Of a stretch of DNA of 64,000 nt, positions 1 through 19,033 are shown in pieces. The stretch comes from Macrostomum lignano (Eukaryota), in NCBI GenBank assembly GCA_002269645.1, contig NIVC01001794.1, positions 172,790-236,789 of the forward strand, given 5' to 3'. The position numbers and the translations under genes were made by a program. Under the pieces are notes generated by a model that saw only the letters and a list, made by a program, of their open reading frames with translations, was not told the origin of the DNA and searched no databases. How positions within the stretch are numbered: position 1 is the stretch's first letter; every line of letters begins with the position of its first letter.

Positions 1-561
1 CAAAAAATTCTTTGTCTTATTTTTATCGGGGTACTAACTTATTATATTCGGAATAAAAGCGTAATAGCTGTCAGCTGCAATAATCTGATTTAAAAAGACA
101 AAAATAGTAGGTCCACGCCAAGACTTTCTCACCGCGGTTCATCCCGGCAGGCTGCAGGTTGGTCCAAATTTTAACACCGGAAAATCGAGTTGATGCAAAA
201 AGACAGGACTACGGGATTCTATAAGCAATGCAGATGCGCTTCTCTGTTGAATGCAGAACAGAGACCGGCGGTAAAGTAGCTATTTTGTTTTCCGCTCCAG
301 CTTTATCCCCAATGCCCGCATGATGGATTGGGGTGGAAGCGGCGAGAGGAAGGGGCTGCTAAACCGATCGATGAGGGAAGAATGGGAAGAATGGCTGGGA
401 TTGTTCAATCCTGCAGAGCCTCCAGTCTTGGGGGACGTGGGTCGCGCAATGCGCATCCATATTTACTTGTCCCAAAAAAACTCAGCGCTCAAACCCTCCG
501 TGCAATCGAGGGGCCATGGTGGATGAAAATGCAATTACTCACGGATGCAATTGCCGAGTGA

Positions 562-903
<342 letters not shown>

Positions 904-1542
904 AGAGAATGGACCCAGGGGAGCAATAAAAGCAGACTGGGGGATGGCAGCCAGCTCCATGGATACGAATAGCAACAGAAATTTTCGTCTCTCCCACCAA
1001 GCTCGCATTCCAACCCTAACGACTAATTTTGTTTAAAGGGGGGTTGGCAGAGTGCGCGTCTAAAAAACGAACTGACTATAGGTATTGTTTTATAGAGCTG
1101 CAGGCAGACCATGTGGCGTGACTTTACCTGGCCTAGAGTGCGCAGATGCATGGTGGGATGATTCTGTCAAGCGCACAAATATTTATCCATCCAATTATCT
1201 CGATTAAATATCTTTGCTCAAGAGACGGGCTGAATTTTAAATCACGCAGTAATAATTTTGTGTTTATTGACGACAGTCGCTAACGCATTTTATTGATGCT
1301 ACATCTGCGTGGGGATAGATAATTTTAGAAAATATTCACTGAATAGAATGAGAATATCCTAGAGGTTTTTTGTAGTGAATTTTGTCGAGGTTTAATGAAT
1401 GGTCGAAATCAATGAGATATTCCTTGCATAAAAAACATATTTTTAAGCCTCTGAAAAGTACGATAAAAAGTAAATTTGCCTTTTTTACATTTCTTAATCG
1501 TGATACAGGTCCGTCGATAAGCGTTAAGATTTATTAAAGGAC

Positions 1543-1793
1543 TCAGTGGCGTACACAGAGGGGCCTAATTACCCCATAAAAATAGCGCTTCTTCCAAAGA
1601 CTGAAAGAAGGAGGACACAAGGCCCTATAAATGACATAAGCTTAACTTTTGCCACCTCTTGGACATGGCATGATAATTTCTTATGGGGGCCGCCCACAAT
1701 AAGAGACCCAGAGACAGGGCGCCCCACAACACCAAATATTTGCGCTACTAGGATTTTGGGCCCCCTCGAATTAAAATTCCTGCGCACGCTACT
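1543..1793. mobile_element. possible MITE remnant
   Basis: GC-richer island starting CAGTGGCGTA and ending CACGCTACT (imperfect terminal inverted repeat); no TSD found. Confidence 0.3.
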
Positions 1794-2016
1794 TAACGGA
1801 CCGTCGTTACGACATTTATTAATTAACGGATTGACGAATGATTGACGAATGATTGACGAAAGTTTTTATGGCTTGTTTCTTTTTTTTGTAGGGATTTTTG
1901 TAATTCTCGTAGAGCATTAGAAGGCCAAAAGTAAAAATTCTTTAAATATAACAACTAGCGGCTTTTTTATGTACTTTATTAAAAAGCATGTTACGACAGT
2001 TTTGTTTTAACCCGCT

Positions 2017-2029
2017 GTTGCTAAGCAAT
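2017..2029 (+). promoter_or_regulatory. RFX X-box-like motif upstream of RSPH14
   Basis: GTTGCTAAGCAAT resembles GTTGCCATGGCAAC. It is about 1.1 kb above the ATG, which is preceded by a splice acceptor, implying an upstream UTR exon. Confidence 0.4.
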
Positions 2030-3142
2030 CTATGAAAAAAATATTTTAACTACTCGACACTATTATATTTTATATCTATAGATCACATCATCTTTTAAAG
2101 TTGGTTAAAAAGGTTTTTGCCATTCACTGCTAATATCTCGAAACATCCGCTAATTTTCTGGATTATTTATGGAAAGCTTTTAGTTAAACTAGAACCATAT
2201 CTTTTTCTTGTATAACTACTTTCAAGCTAAGCTTTTTAACTTTCATTTAGCTTGCACTGCTTTATTTTTGGTTTAAATATGCGAGGATTTGACCCCCAAC
2301 TAGCAAAGATGAGAAGTGCATACCCCTTCTGTATTATTTTAGTTTTCATGTACTTCTAAAAAGTACAGTAGTCCTCAAATATTATTTTTTTATTCAGCAT
2401 GAATATGTATTAGCTGCAAATAAATGCTAACACGATTTATACTCTGCTTATGAAATTTTGGAAACCTGTTTTAATAGTTTTACTCACGACTTTATATTCT
2501 TCTAATACATCCAAGGTTAATCAACATTCTTGCTTCTATTTGAAAAGGTACCGCTTCTGAATCAGCTCAATTTAAATATATTTAAAGTCATTCTCGCGTG
2601 GTGCAGATTTTTGCTCACTTTATCTAAGCACAATATTATATCAAACAGGACTGGTTAATCAAATAGAGTACCATATGGCCAAATTCAATTTTTATGAACG
2701 ATCTTAATTCTACACTTTATATTGATACAAAGTTTTTTTGTAAATTGCAAGTATCTTTATGCTTTTAAAAGACAGAAATGCTACTAGTTCTATGCAAATT
2801 CAATAATGAATTTGCAATTTATTCATTGCATAATATGGTGCCATTATAAAATTTTAAGCACAATTTACATGATGTGCCCTAGGCTTTGATATAAAATATA
2901 CTATTGTAGTGCTATTTTTAACGCTTAATAATTTTTTTATAATTTTTAATGTCTTTAGACTAACAATCTATAGTTTAAATTAAGTATTTTGTCAGCACAT
3001 TTCGATCGAAACATATTGCGGATTTAAGAAGAAATCATATTTACAATAATTTATATACTTTAAGATGCCTGGTATTTTTTAAGTAGTCATGAAAAGCAGT
3101 TTACAGCAGAAAATTTGATTCCTGCCTATTTCAGACAGTAAA

Positions 3143-4594
3143 ATGGCTACTTCAGTTATCTCGGCCAATCTGCCACCCAACATTGATCCTACCAAGGCCA
3201 CGATGGCCTACGGAAATGGAGCTCTGCGACGTCTGGTAAGCTGAAATTCCAAGCTAATCTCCTTCTCGTGTCATTGTGCCAAGCAATTTCATTTTTTACT
3301 ACACACTCAAAAACTCTTCAGAATCGAGAGCTGCAGGACACCGAGAACATGCTGACCCGTCAGAAAGCAGTAAAAGCCCTGTGTGATTACCTGCATGACC
3401 ACGAGCACGTAGCCGCTGCTATTCACGAAGGTAGACCTCTGTTTGCCATTATCTTTCTGACTAATAAATAAAAATGAAAAGGGATGCTACTGCATAAGCG
3501 ATTCGATTCCTTTTCAGGCATTGTCGTCTCACTAAAATCTCTTCTGCGGGACACCGATGTCACTTGTCGCCAGCTGTCTACAATGTGCTTCTACGTGATC
3601 TCCCGTAAGTGCAAGGTGGCTTCTAGAGGCGCAGCAAGTAGTTATTTATTGCTGAGGTCTGCAACCTATCGGAATTATCCAATTTTCAGAGCACTCCGTT
3701 GGCAGAGAGGCGATCTTGGACACCGGCACCATTGAGCCGCTGTCAGCCCTCTTTGAAGACGCCGAAGACATCTGCCGACGCAATGCTCACATGGCCATCG
3801 AGATGCTCTCCGAGGTGCCGTTCGGCGCCGATGGCATCGTCCAGGCCGCCCTGGTGCCGAAGCTCATCGAGAAGGTCAAATCAGAGCATGACGAGATCAA
3901 AGAGTACATCCTGGACACGCTGCACTTCTGCCTCATTGTCAACACGCAGGATGCACTGAAGGCCCACGGAATGGAAGTGTTCACCTCTCTGCTGGCCAGC
4001 AACCTCGCCACTATCCGAGCCAAGGCTGCCAGGGATATCATGGATCTGAGGTGAGCTGGGATGCTGCTAATTATTTAGTTCGCTTTTTGGACTTATTAAG
4101 CCATTACCAAACAAGCAGTCCTAAATCATTGTTTCAACTTCCACAGCGTGCCTCTCGACGGCAAGGACAAGGCGGTGGAAGTTGGCACAGTGCCAGCTCT
4201 AATTGGCCTGCTAGGAGACAATGCTAGCGCTGTGAGGGCCAATGCTGCTGGAGCTTTGTCCTTGTAAGTTCAATGCGGTATTTTTGGTCATTGGAACTGA
4301 ATATTCACTCCAACTTGTCTCAACTGCCGCCTCAGCATCGCGGTGACAACGCAGGGCAAGTACACCGCTCTGAACGCCGATTGCGTCAACCCGCTTCTAC
4401 CGCTGGTGAATGATCCCAACAGTGAGGTCCGCGTCAACGCTCTGAAGGTGGTCACTTGCTTAGCCGAGGCCCCCGAGGGTCGCAAAATTCTCACCGGCCA
4501 CGTGGAGCAGATTCGCCAGCTCGAGTCGGACGAGATCACGAATGTTCGCAAGCACGCGGAGATTGCCGTGCGAGTCATCACCTGGAGGCCATGA
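3143..4594 (+). CDS. RSPH14: radial spoke head protein 14 (armadillo-repeat axonemal protein, RTDR1)
   Basis: Six phase-consistent GT-AG exons: 3143-3235, 3322-3430, 3518-3604, 3690-4050, 4147-4263, 4336-4594. Translation MATSVISANLPPNIDPTKATMAYGNGALRRL...RQKAVKALCDYLHD...LAEAPEGRK...IAVRVITWRP follows human RSPH14 (AYGHRAL, RQKALMALCD, LAEAPEGRK, IAISVIEFKP). Confidence 0.93.
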
Positions 4595-4994
4595 GATGCT
4601 AGAGGTGAAGCTAAATCAACAGATACAGCCTCGCAGATTTTTCTTTTAAAAACTCGAATCCTTTCTTCTTTGCGACTTTGTTTAAACGCGTTGGTTATTT
4701 ATTGTAACACAAGCAGATGCAGATGCTGTTCTTGTGAACGTGGGTTGCACTTGTTTATCCTGCCTTAATTTAATATATTTTCCTTTTATTATGTAATAAT
4801 TGCAGCACACATGGTTTAGAATTTAGCCTTTCTATTTATTGGATTTAGTTCATTCAAAACTGAAGAAAGAGTTGGCGATTCACAAGCCTTCGGTACGGCT
4901 TGATTACCGACTGGGACGTTCTTGTCCCCTCATCTCAGCATAAGCCGACATGTAGAAAAACAATAAGCTGTCAAGGGGATACGGTAATTTGTCT

Positions 4995-5515
4995 GCCAGT
5001 GACACTTGACTACCAGTGACACTTGACTGGCAGTGATATTTGACTGGCAGTGACATTTGACTGGCAGTGACATTAGACTGCCAGTGACGTTTGACTGGCA
5101 GTGACATTTGACTGCCAGTGACACTTGACTGCCAGTGACACTTAACTGCCAGTGACACTTGACTGCCAGTGACATTTGACTGGCAGTGACATTTAACTGG
5201 CAGTGACATTTGACTGGCAGTGACACTTGACTGCCAGTGACACTTGACTGCCAGTGACACTTGACTGTCAGTGACACTTGACTGCCAGTGACACTTGACT
5301 GCCAGTGACATTTGACTGGCAGTGACATTTGACTGCCAGTGACGTTTGACTGCCAGTGACGTTTGACTGCCAGTGACATTTGACTGCCAGTGACATTTGA
5401 CTGCCAGCTAGTGACATTTGACTGCCAGTGACATTTGACTGCCAGCTAGTGACATTTGACTGCCAGTGACATTTGACTGCCAGCTAGTGACATTTGACTG
5501 CCAGTGACATTTGAC
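4995..5515. repeat. 20-bp minisatellite (TTGACTG[C/G]CAGTGACA[C/T]T)
   Basis: About 25 tandem copies read directly from the sequence. Confidence 0.97.
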
Positions 5516-5904
5516 TATTTAGATTGTTTGGGTTTTCGTCAGCAGTGAATTTATGGTTCTCAGCGGCAAAACTTCGAGCTTTAAGGCTTCTAATTCTCCT
5601 GTTTCAGCTCGGCTGAGTTGACACTCAGAGCCTGGAAATGACAACGCAGAAAAGTCCCGCTTCTCTGTATGGCAGTTATAAAAACAATTTTGCGTGTTAC
5701 TCAGAAATGTATTTTAGGAATATTATTGTTGGATCAATTCTTACAAAAATAAAAATCTTGTGCAGTTCTTAACAAAATGTAAAAATATTTATGAAACAAT
5801 GTTGTCAGACAAAAAACAGACTGCATGATATTTTGGGAAAGCAAAAAAATTATCCAAAAATCTGTCATCGTAGGTTTATATAGCATCTCTTTGATGGGCT
5901 TAAT

Positions 5905-6230
5905 GATTCAAATCTATAAATCTTTCAGAGTTAGTAAAAATGTCAGTAAAAAACAGGAATATGAGCACCTCATTGATGCGCTCAGTGATTCAAATCTATA
6001 AATCTTTCAGAGTTGGTAAAATGTCAGTAAAAAACAGGAATATGAGCACCTCATTGATGCGCTCAGTGATTCAAATCTATTAATCTTTCAGAGTTAGTAA
6101 CATTTCAGTAAAAAACAGGAATATGAGCATCTTTGATGCGCTCAGTGATTCAAATCTATTAATCTTTCAGAGTTAGTAACATTTCAGTAAAAAACAGGAA
6201 TATGAGCATCTCATTAATGCGCTCAACGGT
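5905..6230. repeat. ~80-bp tandem repeat, about 4 copies
   Basis: GATTCAAATCTAT...AAAAAACAGGAATATGAGCA recurs at about 80-bp spacing. Confidence 0.9.
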
Positions 6231-6557
6231 TCACATCTCATCAATTCAGTTCAATTCTCATCTAAAAAATCTAAAAATCTAGTATTGGTAAAAAACATCT
6301 GAATATAGCAAAACTGGTGCACTAATGGGGAACTAACTTGGCAATAAAGCTTACGACCTAAGAAAATATAAATCTAATGGAACTCTGAAACAGTCTGAAC
6401 AAACAAAACTTTAATCTGAAAAAAATTCACTTTGAAAACCGACAAACTGTCAGTGTAACTTTCAACTGAGTAATGGTCAACTTTTGAAATCAAACACAAA
6501 ACGAAAAATAATTTCTCCAGTTGTGCCTTAGTGACATTTCCAGTGACGGCTTCATCC

Positions 6558-12978
<6,421 letters not shown>

Positions 12979-14149
12979 GAATGGAAGAGGCACAGCGGTG
13001 TATCAGATCCTCAGACAGATGGAAAACTTTGGGAAACTCCTGTGGCTTTAGCCAAGGGAACTCAGCATGGCCTTTTAGGGGGCTGAACTCTGCTCATATT
13101 TATAGAGAAAAATTCAGTCGTTATTCACAGGGATGTGAAAATTCATTTTGTTGAAAAATATGTTTTTAATTAACTATGAAAATGCCTTGTTTTCTTTCAC
13201 AAAGTGCTCAAAACATATTATAGCTTCTAGAATATTATAGTAAATAGTATTTTTTGGACAAGTCCTTTTCGCCAAATATTTTCGTGTTTTCATTGGATAT
13301 TAAAACTCGAAAAACATGGGCGATTGTTTCGATTGTTGCAGCCGAGTTTCTTATACGAGCTACAATAGGCACAGTTGCATCCTTTTTGTATAATTTTCGG
13401 CCTATTTCATAGCAGATAGTTCACTGGTGAACAGTAAATCAAACTACTGTTTGAAATGAATGCATGAAGTCATCAAAACCATCTGCTTTTTTAATTTTTG
13501 CAGCATCCTAAGCATTTTTAAGAATGACGCGTGCGTTTCTTCCAAATGAGTATTTTTAGACGCGAGCCACACTTACTTGCACTCGTGACAAAACATTCAC
13601 TGCTAGAGCCGGTACAGCGAGTTCGGCACTGCTACATTGTTGATACTGAATACACATTGCAGACTGCTGCCCCTGCAGTTCTTGCCTGTTTATGACAACA
13701 AACAGCTAGTCAACATTTTGATATTCACATTCGGTACCAACGCAGTTTCTATGCAGTATTCAGCAGTGTACAAAAGGGGCTTCACATTTTGATGCTATGA
13801 ATGTTAGCTAGCCAACAAATTTAAACAAACCTAAGCTGTAGAAAACCTAAATCGGATTAGCCACTGGGTCAGTTTCAACAAGCGCGACTCCTTTCATTCA
13901 CTCTTAGCCGATGTTGACTATCCTATGGGTCAAAATCGCATGCACGAAACTGGCAGAGTTGGCAAACTGTGAGAAAGATGAATAAAGGAGTGAGTGGGCA
14001 GAAGGCTGGTGGCAGAATTATTTTGCAGTCTTTTCTTGATGGTATCTGTTGACATCAATCTAAAAGTCTAATCATGAGAATATTAATCATGCAAAATACA
14101 TGTAAACTGTACATGTGCCAATGGAGTAGCACGGACGACATGGAGGTAC

Positions 14150-14480
14150 AAGAAGATAGCAATAGCGACGAAGTTCTTCTTCTCCCCGATGCAGCGTTAG
14201 GGGTCGCCGCGGTCGCCGTGCTGCCGTCGATGATGCTGTCCGCAACTGGTTGATAAGGACCTTCCGCTCTGCGGCTACGGCGCTCTGCGGCTACGGCGCT
14301 CTGCCGCTTCAGCGGCGCTGAGGGTCGTCGGGACGTCGACCTGGTCGAGGCAGACGGCGCTGGCGGAACTTGGTCCGCGCGTTCATTCCCGGCGACTCCA
14401 AAGTGCGCAGCGACCCAGATAAACCTGGGTGGGCGCCAGGTGGATAGGGGATGGCGCTCAGACAATGGCGAAGGGCCCGG
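14150..14480 (-). mobile_element. decayed non-LTR retrotransposon fragment with RNase H motif
   Basis: Minus-strand translation IWVAAHFGVAGNERADQ matches the WVxxHxGxxGNExAD RNase H motif, followed in another frame by KVLINQLRT, similar to the LINE QLRTGH motif. Confidence 0.6.
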
Positions 14481-16360
14481 TGTTGTGTTGAGAAAGTCAG
14501 ACTGACGTGAAAGACACGAGCTTAATCTCAATTTGGCATTCAGACTTGCATATTTATACTCCAGCCAGTGACAAATCGATATTGACAAACATATGCACAT
14601 AACTGTGTGTGTATGTACGCATGCAAACGCATAACGCAAGCCATCTACACAACATTCATTCTCCAACTTACAAGGAAAAATTGAAAACGAAAGGCTTGAA
14701 ATTCGAAAGTCCTTTGCAGTCATTACAATCCTTAAGTCACCACATTCCCATATCACTGCGGCGGAGCCCGACTCCTCGCATTCCCTCGAATCGCCGTGGG
14801 TGCTCGTTGATCCGGCAGCAGCTCTTCAGCCGACATCTGAAGGGGGGCCGGCGCGGGCCGCTGCACCCGCACGCAGCTGTCGACGTGCACCCGAAAGTCG
14901 TTGCTGAGGATCACTGTGGTGGCGCTCGCGATTCTCGAGATCTCCAGCGGCTCGGACAGCTAGCTACTCAGCTTGCCACGCGCGAACGGCCGCCTCAAGC
15001 GCACCCAGTCGCCGACCTTGAACGTCAGCGGTGACCTCCTGGTCGAGTTGAGCTTGCTCAAGACTCGCTGCTGCTTCTGCTAGTTTGTGCTGCGATGGCG
15101 TCCTTGGTTGCAGTGCCGTCAGTGGGGTACTGATTTTCCGGCCTGTCATCAGCTCCGCCGGTGACACCCCTGTCAGTGCGTGTGGGGTGGCCCAGCACAG
15201 CAGTGCCCTCACCGCGCCCTCGACTGCAGCGTTGCGTTGCGGTTGGTAGTGCGGTGACTGGCGGATGCCGCAGCGCTGGAGGAAGTCTTTGAAGTCACCG
15301 GACATGAACTGCGAGACGTCGTCCCCAGCGGCTGATCAACGTCGTCAGGGTGTCGATCACATCAGTTGTGGTCACTGTGGACATTCAGGCTGCTTTCGGC
15401 CACTTCGTACAGCACCAGAATGAAGCATCATGAGCTCGGGGCCGAATGCAGCTCCCCGAAGATATCGAGCTGAAGCTCCTTCCAAGGTCGCGTCGTCTGT
15501 CTCGCTGAGCAGGCAGGCCTCGCAGTGCCGCACGAACTCCTCGATTTGGCTGTCGATCTGCGGCCATCAGACCGAGTCCCGGCAGTGATGCTTCATTCTG
15601 TCGATGCAGTGCACCGTTCCTGAGCAGCCGTGCAGAATCTTACGTGGCACCTTCTGGAAGGCTGCCGGAGCGCTGTTGAGACCGAAATAAACCCGCTGGT
15701 ACCGATAGAAACCCTTCTCCGGAGAGCTAGAGCTGCAGATACGATGAGTTCAGATCTAGTTTTAAGAACACCGTCGAGCTCTTGAACTCTGTAGTCAGCT
15801 CCTCGAATGTCGGCAGAGGCTCAGGGACGCATATCAGATTCGAGATCCACTCGGATGCCTGGATCTCCCGTCCGCTAGAAGCTGATCGATCTTAGCTGGG
15901 ACCTTCTCCTTGAGGCTGAGCGGCGTCCGGCGGAGAGGCTGCGCCACTGGAGGCACTGCGGGGCTCACTCGGAGCCGGTGCTCGAACCCCCCCCCCCGAG
16001 TCCTCACGTCAACTGCTCGAAACTTTCTGGCAGCCAGGCCGGAAGCTGCTTGGTCTCATCCACGGCGCGCACCAGGTCGCCGTCCCGGTCCACAATTGGG
16101 AAGTTGAGATGCTGCATCAGATCTGTGCCCATGATGTCGGATCCCTGCTGCACTACTGCGAAGCAAAAGAACAGGATGCCAGGCAAAGCGCCTCATCAGC
16201 CAGCGGCATATCCCAGAATCTACCCGAGGTGGAAACAGACTGCCACTTGATTATTTGCCAGTGCTTGCAGACTGCATGGGCTACGTGAGCTCGGAGCTGT
16301 CCGCAAGTCAACAAAATGAATTCGCAAAGTCCAAAAAATTTTCTCACTGTTATTAGCATT
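14481..16360 (-). mobile_element. degenerate, internally deleted Ty3/Gypsy element with putative 3' LTR (14481-14744)
   Basis: Fragments: RT (PLPTFEELTTEFKSSTVFLKLDLNSSYLQL*), integrase zinc finger (WPQIDSQIEEFVRHCEAC) and core (FKDFLQRCGI...YQPQRNAAVE...TPHALTGVSPAELMTGRK). Purine run GGGAA precedes a TG...CA segment containing TATAAATA. Stops and frameshifts present. Confidence 0.8.
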
Positions 16361-18684
16361 GCCGTCTGTCAATAGATACCGGACATTCCCAGCTCCAATT
16401 GTTTGCTAACCAGCTGGTTGTGTTTGCACTGGAGCGGTCAGCTTGCGTGATCAATTGAGGCCTTCCCTGTCATTAAGCTTAGCCGCTCGAGACGATTAAC
16501 TATAGCCTTGTATAATATTTAACGAGGAACACTTCCAAACCAGCTCATAAAATCTATTAAATTTTAGAAATTGCTTCCATTTCCTACTAGTCACTACTTC
16601 TCTCAGTACTGAACAGAGCGAATTTCTACGAAGCCGTCGAGTTTTTGTCAAGAAGTGTGAAAGAGATCAAAACACAAATACAAGGCAGGCTTCAAGCTGT
16701 AACGCCTGCAGTAAACATGTTCACATAGTTATTCTGGAAATATATGAGATTCGTTTCATAATAATTTTAATATATCAATACAATGCTTTAAATCAAGATG
16801 ACTTCATAGAAAGTTAGAATATGAAGCCTTTTATTTAATCTATTTTCCCACTAAAGATATTGAAAAATACTGAGTAGGTGCACGCCTTACTTTTATAGAA
16901 GCACGCGGTCAAAAAGTCAAGAGCTGGAACTTAAAAGTACAGCTAAGCTGGTGCAGTTGTCGTGTTTGCAGAATCAATATAAACTAAGTCAAGAATCGGC
17001 TCGCAAGATGGAAAGAGTCGTGCAACAATTCAAATATTAGTACAGTAAGTTTCCGGAATCATATGCACTCAAGTTGAAAGAGATTGACTACAAAGTAATG
17101 TTGACTAGAAGAGATCATGCATAATCGATTACCACAGGTTATGCCACACACAGTCGGGGTTCGAAACGGCGTCATCATCTACCGGATTCAGAAATACGAA
17201 CAATATTGCGCTCAAATACAACTTCACAGAAGTTTTAGCGCTTCACGGACTTCGGAAGGCCTGGTGGAGGTTGTCATCAAGGAAGAGTAGATGCACATGC
17301 TAACTGCTGGTGTCAGGTCCAGTCTTTCTTGACTAGTGGAAATGCATGTAAACTTGCTCATTTTTGTGCACGATTTTTTCAAGCGTACTGTAAAACACGT
17401 TCCACAGATTTACTGCAGCAGCAAGCAATCTCAAACACAGTTTTCAGTCCAATTGTTTGGACAGCTTTCATGGCAACAGCACAGGGCGCGGTTCTGGAAC
17501 GCCGGACTCTCAGTTCATTTGATGGAGCCTGCGATGAATTCACATGGCAGTGGTGTAGGGTCCTTGCAACACCAATTAGTAGAACTGCTGGGGTTAGGTT
17601 ACCCACTGAGTACCTGAAGCTCTTGTCCCAATCGCCACTCCAGGGTTTTCTCTGCACTTTCAGAGCTCCTGCAGGCACTCGGGTTCTGCGTTTGTTTAAC
17701 TTGGGATTTTAGCTGAAATCCAAATCAAACAATTTTCAAGTAGCTGCATACGTAATTATGTATTGCAAATTCTACTCAAAATAGGGTTATTCGCAACTCC
17801 AAGACAGCCCTATCGACTATAGGTATCAGGTTCTGCTTTTAATTAAAGTAGCCTAACTGTTGAAGTTTTCGCGAGCACACCAAAAGTATTAAGGCTGGTG
17901 TGCAAATACAGAAGCAAATTTGCTTTCTGGAACTTCTCTCCCTTCTAGCAGCAAGTACGATGTTTCTAAAGTACAAGTTCATAGCCGCCTATCAAAAATC
18001 GGACTTGTTAGCAAACTAAACAAAGAGCTCTGTTAGCTCTTACCTGCCTGAAAATGCTTGCCTGCAATGAAACTAACTGGTTGAGTGCCGATAATTGCAT
18101 AAATATTAACAAATTGTGCACGACTATGCAAAGATTGCTGAGTCCATGCTTACCTCTATGCTCACCTTGTGGGAGCTAAGAGCTAAAGTGTAGAAAATAA
18201 TTTCTGCATTGTTTCAATGGACCATCAATGGAAGAGGGTCTTCTATTGGAACTTCTATTAAAGCTCTGTTTCACTTTGAAAGTCCCTATTCAAGACAGAT
18301 AAGTTTAACTTAGTGACATGTAGTTTGTTCACAGGGCCCTGGACACTGCCGCTATTAAGGCGACAAATTCATCATTCTGCTTGTTTCTGGTCTCCAAAAA
18401 ACTTTTAAAAGCGGCAATTGACAACATTGTAAAAGCAACCAAAGTCGGACCAAAAGCCCAATGCTTTGGGTGCTCTTCGAAGTTGATAAGAGGAGAGAGA
18501 GCATCTCAATAGCAATTTTATTCGCTAAAACTTAGTCCAAAAATACTAACAATGCCTATTAAGCCATTTAAAGCAAGCAGAATTTAGCCTTCAATAAAGT
18601 GTCTGTGATTTTGATGTGCTACGTCCTCTTACATGTATTCAATCTTTATTTTTTGTGTAAATCAATGAGTTTTATATTCATACA

Positions 18685-18907
18685 TTTAGCAGAGTCAACT
18701 ATTGCAATATTTGGCGGACGATAACAAAAACACGAGGGCTCAAAAGCCAGAATCAGTCAATATATATATTTTAATATTAGGCATGCACAAAGTACGTGCG
18801 TACATTACAATCGATAAATTAAAAGGCAACTTGAGCGTGCCCCCAACCCCCCAGCGCAGGCCAACCCCAAAACCGCAAATGCAAACTCTCAATATCAAGT
18901 CATCACA
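18685..18907 (-). repeat. 3' LTR
   Basis: Direct repeat of 22992-23215; preceded on the element strand by AAGTGCGAAGGGA (18908-18920, PPT-like). Confidence 0.97.
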
Positions 18908-19033
18908 TCCCTTCGCACTTAAGTATGAAAGTAAGATTAACAAAAATTAACACTATTAGTAATAATTAAAAAAAATATTGAAGCGAGCAACACAACTAAG
19001 GTACTAAAATCGAGTTCATCAAGAACAGTTACT

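Noticed and set aside
17329-18520. Short ORFs between the decayed and the intact Gypsy elements
   Set aside because: No recognisable motif or consistent exon chain; a poorly conserved gene cannot be excluded.
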